DNA of 64,000 nt from Eledone cirrhosa (GCA_964016885.1 OZ024755.1:22940001-23004000); one strand, 5' to 3'. Counted from the first letter of the stretch, positions 39,831-53,604 are shown. The notes: generated from the sequence alone by a model not told the origin. Numbers and translations are program-made.

Positions 39831-40651
39831 CACAGGGAAGCAAGCAACATAGTGCAATGAAGAAATATTTTAGTTTAACGCTTGATATATTGATATACTA
39901 GTAACAGAGTTTTTACGTTTCGTACACTAGCGAGAATGTGAAATAAATATGAAATAAGAGGAGTCAGTTTTCTACTTAGAAAAGACATGTCTAGGTTCAA
40001 CCAGTTCTGTGTTGCTGTTCCTTGCTGACTTTTTACGCACACGCGCACTATCGGTGTCTTAAAGGTGGTAGCCAAATCTCTCTCAAACTCTTCTAATGCT
40101 TTTGGGTGTGGGTGATATTACAGGTACGAAATAAATGTTATACCTACTGAAGTATTTTTAAACGGACCTCTCCCAGATGTGCACAGATGACCCAATGTTT
40201 GATAGTAATTCTGAGTTTGAGAAGCATTTGTAATGGCTATCTTTACGTTAATATTGTTTGAGTGTGTTAAGGCTTTTAACCATCATATATCATATGTAAT
40301 ATCTGACACATATTTACACGTAGTATTCAATACAATTGCGCGTGGCTGAGTGGTAAGAGAATTGGACTCTCGATCGTGAGGTTGTGAGTTCGATTCCTGG
40401 ATCGGGCGATGCATTATGTCCTTGGGCAAGACACTTTATTTCACGTTGCTCCTTCTACCTGGAGTTGCGACCGATAGAAAGAATTAGCAATTGGAAAGAC
40501 CAATGGAAACATTGTTTCCTCGGATTTTGACGAAAGTCGATCGACTTTTGATTTAATACAAAATGTAAACTTACAGCACAAAATTATATTTAGAACTACA
40601 GAAGCAGAGGTCTATTGCACGTTAAAATAATCACCGGCTATCGACTGGGAA

Positions 40652-40775
40652 GAGTGGGTGGCTTTTCCAATGTAGTGGCTATGGCGAAAGATGTGTGGTA
40701 ACGCGGGCGTGAAAGGACTGAAGACAGATACTTTCTTCTTCGGTCAAGCCCTCGTCAACGTTTTCAAGTTTAATT
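40652..40775 (+). mobile_element. Small Tx1-family ORF2 fragment
   Basis: gtggctatggcgaaaga...KGLKTDTFFFGQALVNVFKF matches 4305-4405. Confidence 0.7.
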
Positions 40776-40847
40776 CAGAACTGAAGGCCCTCATATATAA
40801 GGAGGACCGATCACCTTATTTGTATCGTCTACTACATCATCATCATC

Positions 40848-41043
40848 CCTTGGCAGTATCGGTAGAGCGTCAGATAACATGCTTTGCGGCATATAATTAC
40901 GTTCTCAGTTCAAATCCCGCCGAGGTTAGCTTTGCCTTTCATCCCTTCGGGCCCGATAAAATAAAGTACCAGTAACGCACTGGGGGTAGATTTAATCGAC
41001 TTTCGTATCCCCAGATTGTTGGCCTGCTTAAATCAGAAATTAT
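40848..41043 (+). mobile_element. SINE family A
   Basis: Homology to 6024-6213. Confidence 0.8.
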
Positions 41044-41171
41044 TTATATCTATCGAAGACGCCAGAGAAATTGCATTACAACCCTTTCACGTGTTCTCTT
41101 CAGTAGCTTAGCAAAAGCAAAAACAAAAACATTACAATTTTGCATTTATCAAATATACAATATGTACATTC

Positions 41172-41223
<52 letters not shown>

Positions 41224-41225
41224 GC

Positions 41226-41261
<36 letters not shown>

Positions 41262-41699
41262 AATTCGAGACCTCACCGGCTGAGCTACTGCCAACGTTCA
41301 GATCTAGCTGTTGAAACGGCAAGAGCTTAGCCGTCGGGGCACCGAATTTTTCATATTACCCACTCTACCACCCCAAGTATCGAGTACTCTCGTATAATGG
41401 TCTAACTGGTTTTTACCGCTTCCATTCTGATATATATATGTCAACATGAATGGACCTGTTATTTTTATCTAAAGACAGTTTTTCCAATTCCATCCCTCCC
41501 TTCACCTCAATCTATCTTATTTCTCATTCTTTCTTCTGGTGAAGGACTAGCGTCCGAAACGTTAAGACTCTCTTCCTGCTATATCAAGAGTTAACCTAAT
41601 ATATCCCTTCCATTTACTGTACCGATTGTGCTGTTATTTCTGTTTACCTTTTACATACATACAAACGTGTGTGTGTATATATATGTGTGTATGTATGTG

Positions 41700-42307
41700 T
41701 GTCAGGTCACCAGTTGGTGCTACTGGTAACATGTATTCCAGTACAACCTGTCCCATGGTCGGGTCGTTGGCGACTAAACTGGCAACCCCACAAAGGTTTC
41801 TTGGTGAGGAGGGTGACTTTGGACATCCTGCAGGACTAAAAACAAAACCTGTCAAAGGGCAAAGGAGCTCTTAAGAGTCAATGGCCATCCAAAATCACCG
41901 GGAGAGATGACCCCTTAGCCTTTGTCAAGGCAGAATTCTAGGAGAAGGAAAACTCTGATATAACACCTGCAACCCTGATGGTATCCAATGATGTTGACTT
42001 GTTCTTCTTTTTGGTAAATATCATCTTGGTTAAGAGAGTGGGACTGGCTTTGTGCAGTGCCTTTGCTCACTATAAAAGCTTCACGGCACAGGCATTGCTT
42101 TATATCTGGAGATCTCTCTGCACTTGTAATCACATGGTACCATGGGCCCAGCACTATGTGTCAATAATTGTCACAAGTGCAGTGTTTGTACCAGAGTTTT
42201 CAAGTCGTTGGCTGGACTAAAAATCACACTCGTTCAGCGCATCGGTAGGAGTTCTCCTACATGGATATAAAGTAGTGGCCGTACTCGAAAACGAGTTGGC
42301 AGCCACC

Positions 42308-42308
<1 letters not shown>
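41700..42308 (+). mobile_element. Internally deleted RTE-type element (5' UTR fused to C-terminal zinc-finger and 3' end)
   Basis: ctaggagaaggaaaactctgat is an RTE 5'UTR-like motif; CSVCTRVFKSLAGL is C2H2-like; ends in (TA)n. Confidence 0.5.
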
Positions 42309-42391
<83 letters not shown>

Positions 42392-42473
42392 CTGTGTGTG
42401 TGTGTGTGTGTGTGTGTATACATATATGTGTGTGTATATACATATATATGTGTGTGTGTGTGTGTGTATATAC

Positions 42474-42507
<34 letters not shown>

Positions 42508-42785
42508 ATATACGGCGCGAAGGGCTGGTTTTGGTTATTTGTTGAAGTTTTCTTCATAGAAGCCTTATTTTTATAGCTTGGTCTATTCGATTTTTTATAT
42601 CGTTAATTATGCTAATTGGGAGAGGAAATGGTATATATTTTATCTGGTGATTCTATAGACATGTTTTATGATATATATATATATATATATATATTGTTAT
42701 ACTTTGGGAGGGTCATGTTGCCAATAAGATTATCGGTTTCAACACACGTTTTCAGATAATCTTGCTAAACAAATTCAGAAACGAA

Positions 42786-42822
42786 ATATATATATATATA
42801 TATATATGTATGTATATATGTA

Positions 42823-42855
<33 letters not shown>

Positions 42856-43052
42856 ATGTCTGTGTGTGTATATATGTGTGTGTATATGTGTGTATATATA
42901 TATGTGTGTGTGTGTGTATATATATGTGTGTGTGTATATATATGTGTGTGTGTGTATATATGTGTGTATATATATATGTGTGTGTATATATATATGTGTG
43001 TGTGTGTATATATGTGTGTGTGTGTGTATATATATGTGTGTGTGTGTATATA

Positions 43053-43100
<48 letters not shown>

Positions 43101-43108
43101 CATGTGTG

Positions 43109-43151
<43 letters not shown>

Positions 43152-43222
43152 GTGTGTGTGTGTATATATATGTGTGTGTGTATATGTGTATGTGTGTGTA
43201 TATATATATATGTATGTGTGTG

Positions 43223-43253
<31 letters not shown>

Positions 43254-43274
43254 ATATATATATATATATGTGTA

Positions 43275-43310
<36 letters not shown>
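42786..43310. repeat. Compound (TA)n/(TG)n microsatellite
   Basis: Source of the spurious 112-270 aa ORFs. Confidence 0.97.
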
Positions 43311-43313
<3 letters not shown>

Positions 43314-43416
43314 TGGTTTTTAACTATTGAGCACTTTGCCAGTATCATTTCTGATTTTTCTGTTTCGCATCGCTTTTCCTGCCCGCCGAAAATACGATTC
43401 TCGCTGAATCTTTATT

Positions 43417-43473
<57 letters not shown>

Positions 43474-43579
43474 ATATACGGCGAATTCGCAAAATCATGA
43501 GAACGTCGGATAGAATGCTGTGTGGTGTTTGTTCCGGCTCTCTGCTTTATGAATTCAAATTCCGCCGAGGTTAACAAGT

Positions 43580-43750
43580 TCGTCTGGAACGACCACGTAC
43601 CTCGCCATTCTCCGGATTACAATTAAAGGAAGGCGAAAAAGAAGCTAAGAAAATCCTGGTTCGACAACATAAAAGACTGGACATGTCACTACTCCGTGAC
43701 CCTTCTGCACATAACAGAAGACAGAAATTAGTGGCAATTGCTGATTGTCA
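43580..43750 (+). mobile_element. RTE-type LINE 3' fragment
   Basis: GRRKR...KSWFDNIKDWT...EDRN*W pattern typical of RTE ORF ends. Confidence 0.6.
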
Positions 43751-44264
43751 AAAAACTTCTTAAGTGACACTCACCAACTAACGGAGAATATTTCGCAATA
43801 AATATATATCAGTGGCCCACAACCTTTTCTGCACCATGCTCCACCTCAACATTTAAAATATGGTTATGTCCCCCTTTAATATAAAAACAATCCGAGTTAC
43901 CGGAACATAATTGATTTAAAATCAACGTCAAACAGATTCCAAGAAACATAACTCTTATAGAGACAGAGATTCTATCTTATCACAGTGCTCTCCCTTAGAT
44001 TTACAATAGTGAAAAACCTTTAAAACATTTTTTCTTGACTAAGTGCTATGATTTAATTTTGATTGATATTATTTTTTCTTTTGTAGTTTTTTAAATAATA
44101 ATAATGAATAATGAAATTGTGTACAGTGCTCAGGTGCACTACAGCTCATCTAGATGCATGTATAGTACATAGAATAATGTTCAAATGTCTGGAAAATGAA
44201 CAGTGTATTAGTCATGATATACATGTGTGCATGTATATGGAGGGGGGATATAAAGTGTAGTGTT

Positions 44265-45065
44265 AGCCCTTTACGGTCTGAATTCAAATCCCGCTAAGGT
44301 TAACTTTGCCTTTCATCCTTACGGGGTAAATAAAATAAAGCACCAGTAATTCACTGGGGTAATTGCTGGCCTTGTGCCAAAACTAAAAACAATTATTAAA
44401 TGTCTGGGAGCGTTGGATAAGCAGAATCGTTAGATCATCCGACAAAATGCCATTGCTGTATTTGTTTCGGCTCTTTATATTCTGAGTTCAAATCCTGCCG
44501 TGCGTCCCTTTGCCTAACATGCTTCCAGGGTTTGTTTAAATAAATTACTAATATATTGGGTGGAACTACTACGAATATCCACTCCCCAAAATTGCTGGCA
44601 TTATGCCTAAACTGTATGCCTGGAGCCGTAACTCATGAGGGTGTCGTAATGGCATTTTTAAAACCAGACGGGGCTCATCTCCTCTCCAGGTCTGAATAAA
44701 GCAGAAGTGAGAATGGAAGTGAGAAAGAGAGATGTCGACCTCGAATGGATGAAAGGTAAAGTTGGCCTCGGCGGGATTTTAACTCAGAGAGCAGGGAGCC
44801 CTAACGAATACCATATAGTACTCTATCTGACGTTCTAACGACTCTGTCAGTTCTCCGCCTTATTATGCTTAAATTAAAAGATATTAAATAAGGTCTGGGG
44901 TTAAACAGTATGATGGTTGAATGGAAGAATCATTAGAGTGCTGGATAAAATGCCTGTAGTTTTCGGGTAGAGGCCTTTATGTTGTGCGTTTAAATCCCTC
45001 CGAGGTCAGCTTTACCTTTGATCTTTCAGGGGTCAATAAAATGGAATACCAGTCAGGTATTGAAG
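44265..45065. mobile_element. Cluster of four SINE family A copies in mixed orientation
   Basis: Repeated B-box and core motifs at about 44280, 44485, 44770 (inverted) and 44990. Confidence 0.7.
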
Positions 45066-45602
45066 TCATAAAACACACTAGAAGGCCTCACGTTCATCCT
45101 TAAGTGCAACTGCAAGAAGTTAAAGGCTGTTCTCACCAGCTTGTCAGCGAGGCACAGCTGAGATATGTTTCTTTAGCCAAGGGTGTAGTTTGCCTCTTCC
45201 CATTTCTCTCCCATTTTTCTTTCTCTTTGTTATGACATTATAAAAGAATTTCTTTCTTTAAAAAAAAAAATTAGTTCATCACACTTATTGATTTTTGACA
45301 TGAACGTCCTTGGGGGCTAAACCCTTTTTCTGCAGGTACTTGATAACATCACGATGCCAAATTTTAGCGCTACTAGTTGCTTTTGAAGTCTTCTTTGAAC
45401 TGTCAGATGTCAATCAACTTGCAAAGTAACAATTACTAAGAAGAGTTTAAACTAATGCATGTACGATTTTACAACGCCAGCATCATTCCTTCATAGTCAG
45501 CTTACGAACTTTTCAGCTCAGCCTTGTATGTAGGCAGAAAGCAATAAATAAATTAATGGGGGAGAAAGTATTGATTATACCGATTCTTACCTCACCATAT
45601 TC

Positions 45603-46055
45603 CAGTGGATCCCAAACTTTTTTTTCTCTGGGCCGCATTTTCTGAATGAAAATTTGTTGGCGCCTCACCAAATTTTATGTGATAAAAGTACATTTAAAAA
45701 TAAAGAAACAATGACTAACAGTGCGTTAAATATAATATATAACATAAATAACTTATAATATGATTATATACACAAATATAATGAAAGGTATGAGCTTGTT
45801 TTTGACGAGTAATCATTTATTAGTTTATATTAGATTTAATTTAAGATAAACAAACTCTCATTTCCTCATTACCGCAAAGAAGCCGTTCCCCGTTGTGGCT
45901 TTTGATATTTGTCAGAACTAAAAATCCTTGATTGCAGCAATATGTCATGAAGAACTGTAGAATAATGATAAAAACTGTTTCTAAATCTTTGATTGTCTTT
46001 CAATCATTCCACCTCACTTGCTATCCTCTTCTGCCGCACCGTTTGGGAACCACTG
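45603..46055 (-). mobile_element. hAT-Charlie non-autonomous element with transposase C-terminal remnant
   Basis: TIRs cagtggatcccaaac / gtttgggaaccactg; imperfect 8-bp TSD ccatattc/tcatattt; minus strand QFFMTYCCNQGFLVLTNIK...EEMRVCLS. Confidence 0.82.
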
Positions 46056-46519
46056 TCATATTTGAACATTTTTAGAACAGTTTGTGGAGAGCCAGAGTGA
46101 ACACATTGTTTCCTCACCTCTTCTATTCTGACTTTAAATACATAACAACAGTTAGCAATATCATTGAAAAACAATTTCGCAATATCCTCATATGTTACAA
46201 ATAAAACTTAATCTTTTCCTTATATTTATTTTTCCTGTGAATAGCCAATTATTTATTCTTCCGTGATGAGTTATCTATCAACGGGGAAACAAACATACTG
46301 AATCTAGAATAAGGGGAAAGGAAGTTCTGGTGTTCCTTGTTTACCGATAAACCTTAATAAATGAAATTGTTTCATATTATGTATAAAACTCTGTTCACCA
46401 AAACGATACTTTTATATGCTATGAGTCGCATATATATATATATATATATAAAAAAAAAATCAGAAAACTACACACTGATATAGCAACACAAAGTAACTAT
46501 ATCAGTAGTTCCCAACCTT

Positions 46520-47163
46520 TTAGTTTAGACTTAGATTCCCTCTACACCTCTGTCTCCGCCTCCACTGCCATCGATTTAGTTACGGACAAAATCATCGCCT
46601 CTTCAAACCTCAATTATTTTGGGCTCACTGCTGCTGACATCCGCGAACTGCTCCCTATCATCATGTTCAACACCTTTTTTCAGTTTGAAGGTTACATCTA
46701 CAAACAAGTCTCGAGTTTCTCAGGCCTGCTGGCCATCACGTACACGGACCAGTTGAAGCACACCTCACTCACCACCTTTCGTTCTTCCTTTTTCTCCAGG
46801 TACGTAGATAACATCCTTATACTCACTTCATCGCGTGAAGAAGGATTCTAGATCTACATCTTCGAAAACGTTTAATATGACGCTGAACACCCAGACCCCA
46901 ATGGATCCCTCTCTCTACTCGATTTTACTCGAAGAGTCACAGAGGAGGGATCCACCAAATTATGCAGGAAGGATGCCTGCAGAGACATTTTCGTACATCA
47001 CAACTCCGCCCTCCCCTACAAAGCCAACATGGCCTATATACAGAATGAGATCTGTCGGACACGCAACAGATGCAGCGAGGGTAGCGACAGGTATACCAGC
47101 ACAGTGGAATTCCAAAGAGTTCTCCCCGAAAACGGATACCCTAATTCTCTCCCCAAACACTGA
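46520..47163 (+). pseudogene. Penelope-like element reverse transcriptase fragment
   Basis: One frame with stops: SLDLDSLYTSV...FNTFFQFEGYIYKQ...RYVDNILI...SLSLLDF...RKDACRDIFVHHNSALP...ENGYP (PLE RT core and thumb). Confidence 0.85.
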
Positions 47164-47385
47164 AATTCCAAGGCAAACAGCACGTAAAAGAACAAGGACA
47201 AAGTGTTAAATGCAGAAACGTATTTAAAGCGGAATGTACTCTGGGCCTGTTTGAGAGGTCAATGGCCCCGTCGAACTTTGTCTTTGACAACCTGTCGAAC
47301 CCTTGCTAGCAGGGCATCAAATAATGATGATAATGATAACTTCATCAAGGCCTGTCGAAGTCTTGCTAACAGGGCATTAAATAAT

Positions 47386-47572
47386 TGTTTCTACTTTTTG
47401 GCACAAGGCCAGCAATTACCCAGTACATTACTGGTACTTTATTTTATCGATCCCATAAGGATGAAAGGCAAAGTTAACCTCGACGGGATTTGAACTCAGG
47501 CCGTAAAGGGACGCAACTATGCTAGAAAGCATGGCATCCAACCCTCTACCAATACTGCCAATTCACCGCCCT
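47386..47572 (-). mobile_element. SINE family A with 16-bp TSD
   Basis: cagggcattaaataat flanks both sides (47370 and 47573). Confidence 0.85.
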
Positions 47573-48286
47573 CAGGGCATTAAATAATGATGATGATAGC
47601 TTCAAAAAGGCCTCCTGCCAAAGTCTTAAGTCTGTCTCGACCCCGGTGGCTCAGCAGATCTGGGCTTATGTCTGATTTCGGTGGCGTTAAGCGACTGAGA
47701 GTACAAAACTCCCCACTGGACAGGACGCCAGTCCATCGCATGGTTGGTCCCTCAGTTATTTCAGGTACTCATTTTCAGCTGAATATACTTGAACAATGTG
47801 AAATGGCGTGTTTTGATCAAGAACACAACACACAACCCAGACCAGGAATCGAACCCACGGCTTTATCATCGGAAGTCCAACACCTTTACCACTAGACCTT
47901 GCTAGCAGGACGTTAAATAATGATGATGATGATAACTTTATCTAGGTCTGAACACTAGACTACAACATTTCTCATGATAGATTTAACTTATCATTGTGAC
48001 ACTCTTACACAGTGTCTATATTACATATATTGTCTTTCAATTGAAGCACAAAGAAACGCTTCAGTCCGGGATATTTGCTATCAGTATACAAATATATCAA
48101 TGTCTCATACACTAGGGTATTATTCACATGAACCGAACCTTGTCTCAGCAACATTCTTTCAGGACCTCGCCATACGTCGATCTGTATCGTTTTTATTTTT
48201 ATTTTCTTCTGCTAATATAATACCTCTCTCATTTTGTGACGTCACTCTACTTATTCATATAGCGGTTAAACGGACGTTCAATTATG

Positions 48287-48357
<71 letters not shown>

Positions 48358-48544
48358 AGGGCGGTGCCCCAGCATGGTCTCAGCCGGATGGCTGGAACAG
48401 GTAAAAGAGTATATGTTTATATATATCTTCTTCACTCACTTATACCCGAGAGGGTCGTGTGGGGAAGTCCTATCAGAAGCAGCTGAATTCGTAAGCGAGA
48501 CCAACCGAGTTTATGAATGTTACTCAACTAATGCTGAAAAGAGA

Positions 48545-49320
48545 ACAAAGCTCCCGACATCTGAAGGAAATTCTACTTGAAATAGTTTACGCAGATGACA
48601 GTTCTGGAAAACACCTAAACACCTGCAAAGAAGCTGAAGAAGTTCTATACAGCGTGGAGGCTGCAGCACAGTCCGTTGGACTCTTCTTGAATGCTGGCAA
48701 AATAAAATCCACCCACCTCAATGGAACATCAAATAAACAAATGCGCTAGACATGTTTGGAGATTGAGGAAGTCGACGACGTCTTGTAGCTTGGCTGTTTT
48801 ATGACCACAGAGATTGATGTAGATACCAGGATAAGCAAGGTCTCTGAACTCCCTATCAAAAGTACGGATGGCTCCGATCAAGAAAAACCACAAAAAATGA
48901 GGCTATTCAAAGAGTAACGGTTGAAACCATTCTCCTCTACGGATGTGAGTCATGGACACTGACAAAAACACTCATTAAGAGGATTAATGGCACATTCACC
49001 CGGATACTGAGAAAAATCCAGAACATATCTTGAATAACACGTATAAAATTAATCGCTCTATTTCTTAGTATTTCTGACATCATAAGGCGTAGGAGGCTCG
49101 CAAAAATAGCTGGACATGTGAAAAGTTACAATGAACCTGCTGGCAGAGTTCTTTCCTGGAAACCTGGTGTGTGCAGACGAGTTAGGAGACCAATCACAAC
49201 GCTGACGAATGTTCTTGAAGATGACACCGGGTTGGAGATAGAAATTCAAATAGCAATGTTGACAGGGTGTGCTGGAGAAGGAATTTTGTCATGGCACCGG
49301 TAACGGATGGATAGAAAAAA
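48545..49320 (+). mobile_element. Decayed RTE-clade LINE 3' portion
   Basis: YADD, VEAAAQSVGLFLNAGK, IEEVDD, ETILLYGCESWTLTK, GTFTRILRK. Confidence 0.85.
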
Positions 49321-49961
49321 AAGATCCAATTATTTTCCTCGTAGTCTACGTCAAGGTCTCCTGTTAGCCGGTACTAATAAAATCTGTCCAATCAACAATT
49401 CTTTCCTTAGACATTCTAACCATATATCCGTAGTATCAGTTTTTCAGTGAAATATTTGATACTTAAACCAAGTCAAACGAAGAATTAACCACTTTAAACC
49501 CACACAGCATATCTCTAAAATCTAAAAGGGTTTATGACGTACATAGTGTACTGATTTTTTTTTCTTCAGATAACCTAACAAAACAGAATCACTCACATTA
49601 CATGGTACATTCTGACAAATACAGAATTGTGCACTTAAGCTTTAAAAAAATAGAAAATTTAACCCAGTACACACTGACATTTTCATGGTTTCTTTTTTGA
49701 AGAATTATATGGTAAATAGTGACTTTCTAGCCACTTCCATTTCTGGTAAGACAGTTTATTCAATTATATTATTGCAATAAACTGTTGAGTAACAGCAGTG
49801 TAACTGTCTTTCACATTAATGCGTGTCCATCAGAGAAGAATGATACTTATTTAAGTTAGCATAACATGGCATTCTAGCTGTAATGTAAAGGTTAAAAGTG
49901 GAAAAATGTTAGTAGAAAGAGTCAGTGTTATTTCAGTAATTAACTTTGAAAAAATGAGTTT

Positions 49962-50352
49962 TATATATATATATAATATATATAATATATATATATAATA
50001 TATATAATAAATATATATAATATATATAATTGTTTCTACTTTTGGCACAAGGCCAGCAATTATAATATAATATATATAATATATATATATAATATATATT
50101 ATATATATTATATTATATATATTATATATAATATATATATTATATATATATATATAATATATATATTATATATATATATATAATATATATATTATATATA
50201 TATAATATATATATTATATATATATATATAATATATATATTATATATATATATAATATATATATTATATATATTATATATATTGTATATATATATAATAT
50301 ATATTGTATATATATATAATATATATTATATATATGTGTGTGTGTGTGTATA
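49962..50352. repeat. Compound (TA)n tract with an embedded SINE tail fragment
   Basis: AT-only repeats around ttgtttctacttttggcacaaggccagcaat. Confidence 0.9.
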
Positions 50353-50713
50353 TATGTACAACAACGTCACTACACATATATGTATATATATATATATAAG
50401 TATATATAACGAAGGAAGTGTGGTAAGGAAACAGATGGACCATAACGCATCAGAGTACTCAATACTTAGGGTAGTAGAGTGGCTACCTTGAGCTCTGCCG
50501 TCGGGGTTAAACATTTCCCTATATATATATCTCCTATAACTGACATCAACATAAATAAATTAAAAACTCCCACTAATACCAGAAATACACCCTAAAATTT
50601 CCAAAATACTTAGCTACAAAGATACAACCCTCGAACAGATACTCTCTATAAAAACACTACCCTCGCACAGACAGACAGACATTCACTACAAACACCACAC
50701 TCTCAGACAGAAA

Positions 50714-51678
50714 ACATACCATAAGCCTAATGAAAAATTGAAATATACTAATAAAGCCTCATACCACCACCCCCTGCTGTTTTTAAAAGCTTAGTTTCTT
50801 ACATTACTCGTAGGATCTCAAATCTATCAGCAACCAGGGAAATTTTCGATAAGGCTGCACCTTACTACAAGGACACAATTAAGGACAAAATTAAGGACAA
50901 AATTAAGTCACATCGAATCATTTCTAACCCAACCTTACTAAAAATATTTACAGCAAATGAAGAATTATCTGGTTCGCACACCTTTTTCCCTTAAAGTAAA
51001 GACTAATGTAGGTGGGTAATTGCTGGCCTTGTGCCTAAAGTAGAAACAATTATTTAGATTTAATAGATAGACATTTCCCACCATAACATAGATATAGTAC
51101 AATATTCAATCATAATTCCGTCAAGATATGCTATTCATGTGAACCGTCTATGAGATCAAAAAATTTTGCAAAGAATATACCCATACCCGAGGTTAATCCA
51201 AGTTGCTCCGGTAGGATTAAAGAGAACTGCCCTCTCTAACAGAAATGTAATATCAAATCCGTTGTGTATGAAATAGAAATTATACACACAACATAGAATA
51301 TTCTGAAGCTAGCGAAAGATATGTCGGTATGATGCAAGATCGTTTTAAACAACGTTTTTACATGCATCTTCACTCCTTCAGGAATCATTTAATGAGAACC
51401 AGTAAAGCCCTGGTGAGAAAAGTCTGGCAATTAAAGGAGAAAGGAGTTACACTTAAAATCTCTTGGAAGATACTTGAAAGATCCAGTCGTTACACGGTAC
51501 CAAGAAATATCGTCTTTGTCTGAGTGAGAAATTTAGGATATTACAAGGTTTGTCATCTCCGAACAATATTTATTTGAACTCAAAGAGCGAAATTTTTAGA
51601 GGATGCCTCCATTTCAAAATCCAACTGCTTGCTAAGTGGAAATATTTAACAAATTCGACTGATTTCCAACCATCTTAA
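50714..51678 (+). pseudogene. Penelope-like element (Naiad-type) RT thumb, linker and GIY-YIG endonuclease; decayed
   Basis: Frameshifted peptides YHKPNEKLKY..., RIIWFxxPFSLKVKTNVG, LDLIDRHFPP*HRYSTIFNHNSVKICYSC, CSGRIKENCPL*QKC, VVY...YVGMMQDRFKQRFYMHLHSF...VWQLK...WKILE...LCLSEK...LNSKSEIFRGCLH. Confidence 0.88.
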
Positions 51679-51939
51679 TTTGATTTAAATGCTTCCGTTA
51701 TATATTTTCTTCGTCTTTCTACACTTACGTAATAAAATACACGTTGTAAACTACTCTACTCCATACCTTAATGAATATTACAATTTCTATATTACATTCC
51801 ACCACATAATACAATACTTCTGCTAACCCATGAACGATCTCAAATTTCAAATTTACATCTTGGAGGAACCTCTGTTAAAATACGTAAACACACTTTAAGC
51901 AAACTTTATTTTTAACGGTTTCTTATAATAAACTCATAT

Positions 51940-52027
51940 AAGAACCTGAAGAAAGGTCACTAATTTGATGCCTCTTGTATTCAGGTGGTTTGGTTAAATT
52001 TAGGCCTTGAAACCTTGGGTAGCGCTT
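51940..52027 (+). ncRNA. Hammerhead ribozyme in the 3' pLTR of the Naiad-type PLE (stem I partly decayed)
   Basis: CTGAAGA-aaggtc...ggcctt-GAAA-ccttggg-TA-gcgctt, about 270 nt after the GIY-YIG ORF end. Confidence 0.6.
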
Positions 52028-52194
52028 TTGTTCCTTGTGTGAACATAAATAAATAATACGTACACACACATATTTATTCTTTATCATTAACATTAATATA
52101 AAAATAATAATCATATATAATTATTGTATATTCTTTGACCGGAATTGTTTTATAGAAGGTCCTCAAATGTTATATAACTTAGGGCTTTAGCAGG

Positions 52195-52432
52195 TAAAAG
52201 TATGGCTCTGGATCAAAGAACCTTCTGTTGTGGAAGTGAGGTCTTGCTGGAAATGTTTGAACAACAGCCAAGCACAAGCACTCGTACATTGTCAGCAGAA
52301 CTTAGTCCTTTACAAAGCACCATCAATCGACACATCCATAAGCTCGGCCTTATCAACAGACACTGTCGAAAATTTCCTCATGAACTGACCAAAACTTGAA
52401 ATATGAAAAAAACTTTTGACTCAACCTGGTAT
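52195..52432 (+). mobile_element. Mariner transposase fragment with right TIR
   Basis: EQQPSTSTRTLSAEL...STINRHIHKLG...FPHELT (HTH2 plus WVPHEL-like motif), then acttttgactcaacctgg-ta. Confidence 0.75.
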
Positions 52433-52519
52433 ATGTTCATCGTACTGTATCATTTTCTTGTGGTGTTTATCCGTTAACTTTTCTCACTCACATACATACA
52501 CACACAGCCCATCCTATAT

Positions 52520-52554
<35 letters not shown>

Positions 52555-52556
52555 GC

Positions 52557-53180
52557 ATGAAGGATGCGTTGTCAGCTAGAGCGCGTGCTCTGAGACACGA
52601 GGGGACGAAAGCCATTCAATGGGCCCATGTGGTGGAGGCGCGACGTGGCAACAAATCCACAATACGGTCTTTGCCTGATCAAAACGGGCGCATATTGCTC
52701 GAATCCGAGCAGATGTGTGCGGCTTTTCAACAGCACTTTGCTCGATTGTTCGGGGGCGGCGACGGACAGGATCATCCACCTTGGCGTTCTATAGAGGGCT
52801 AGTGGAGGGGAAGAGCAACGACGTTCTCGGGGAGACCCTGGGCGTCGAATACGATCAGCTGTTTGCTCTCTTCAAGAGAACTTTCAGCCCGCGGCCTATC
52901 GACAATTTCCAGAAATCCCTTGCTTGTCAGTGCTACCGGGGAGCGTTGCCGGTTCGGGATAAGCTCTACAGGCACGAAGGTGCTGTCAGCTGAGCCTGTC
53001 CGAGAAACCGTCCTGCACGCACTCGTTCAGTGCCCAAGAATTGCTGACTTGTGGAGCTATGTCGAACAGTTGTTGTCGCGTGTAGGACGGATCCGGTTAT
53101 CGACTGAGTTCATTGTGCAGATAGCCCCGCCATCCTCCTTTAAATAGGAGGAAGGGCAAGCAGTCTTCATCTTCCTGGTA
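52557..53180 (+). mobile_element. Internally deleted Tx1/L1-clade LINE ORF2
   Basis: Pre-RT linker (RARALRHEGTK...IRSL...G...AFQQHFARLF) joined directly to the C-terminal region (GALPVRDKL...ETVLHALVQCP...LW); RT core absent. Confidence 0.8.
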
Positions 53181-53604
53181 TGTGCAAGACATGGTCACCT
53201 GACCTGGCATTGCCCACAACAGGACAACTTATCTAACCCATGCTAGTGTGGAAAATGGGCATAAAACGATGATGCTGATGATGATGATGATGGTATAACT
53301 TCCAGTGTATGAAAGCCACAATTCCTACTTTCTTGACGAAGTCAGGGCAGTTAGAAACTGAGCCATTGATTGTTTTTGTTTTGTTTTGTTTTGTTTGTTG
53401 TTGGGGTGGGGTGGGAGGAGTCCAATCTTTACACATTCTCTAGTTATTTAATGTATTCTGGTGAAAAGACTTTGAACTTGTGATGCAATAAAAAAAAAAA
53501 ATCCTCAGTCACAACTTTTGAGTCCTGCACTTCACAACCGGTGTAGCAAATTTTCCGAGACCACTTTTTCTCATTCAGCGATTTCAGGTATTGGCCGTGT
53601 AGGG

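Noticed and set aside
42752-43574. Long ORFs (up to 270 aa) rich in YI/CV/HT
   Set aside because: Translations of (TA)n/(TG)n microsatellite. The same applies to similar ORFs at 3.2-4.1, 18.2-19.6, 21.8-23.8, 25.6, 35.9, 39.6 and 42.2 kb.
46835-47209. 124-aa ORF
   Set aside because: Off-frame overlap of the PLE RT thumb region; no independent homology recognised.
51200-51620. Selenocysteine-encoding Naiad (in-frame TGA at Cys positions)
   Set aside because: The visible Cys positions are TGC/TGT or missense, and the stops seen are TAA at non-Cys sites. No support for Sec recoding in this copy.
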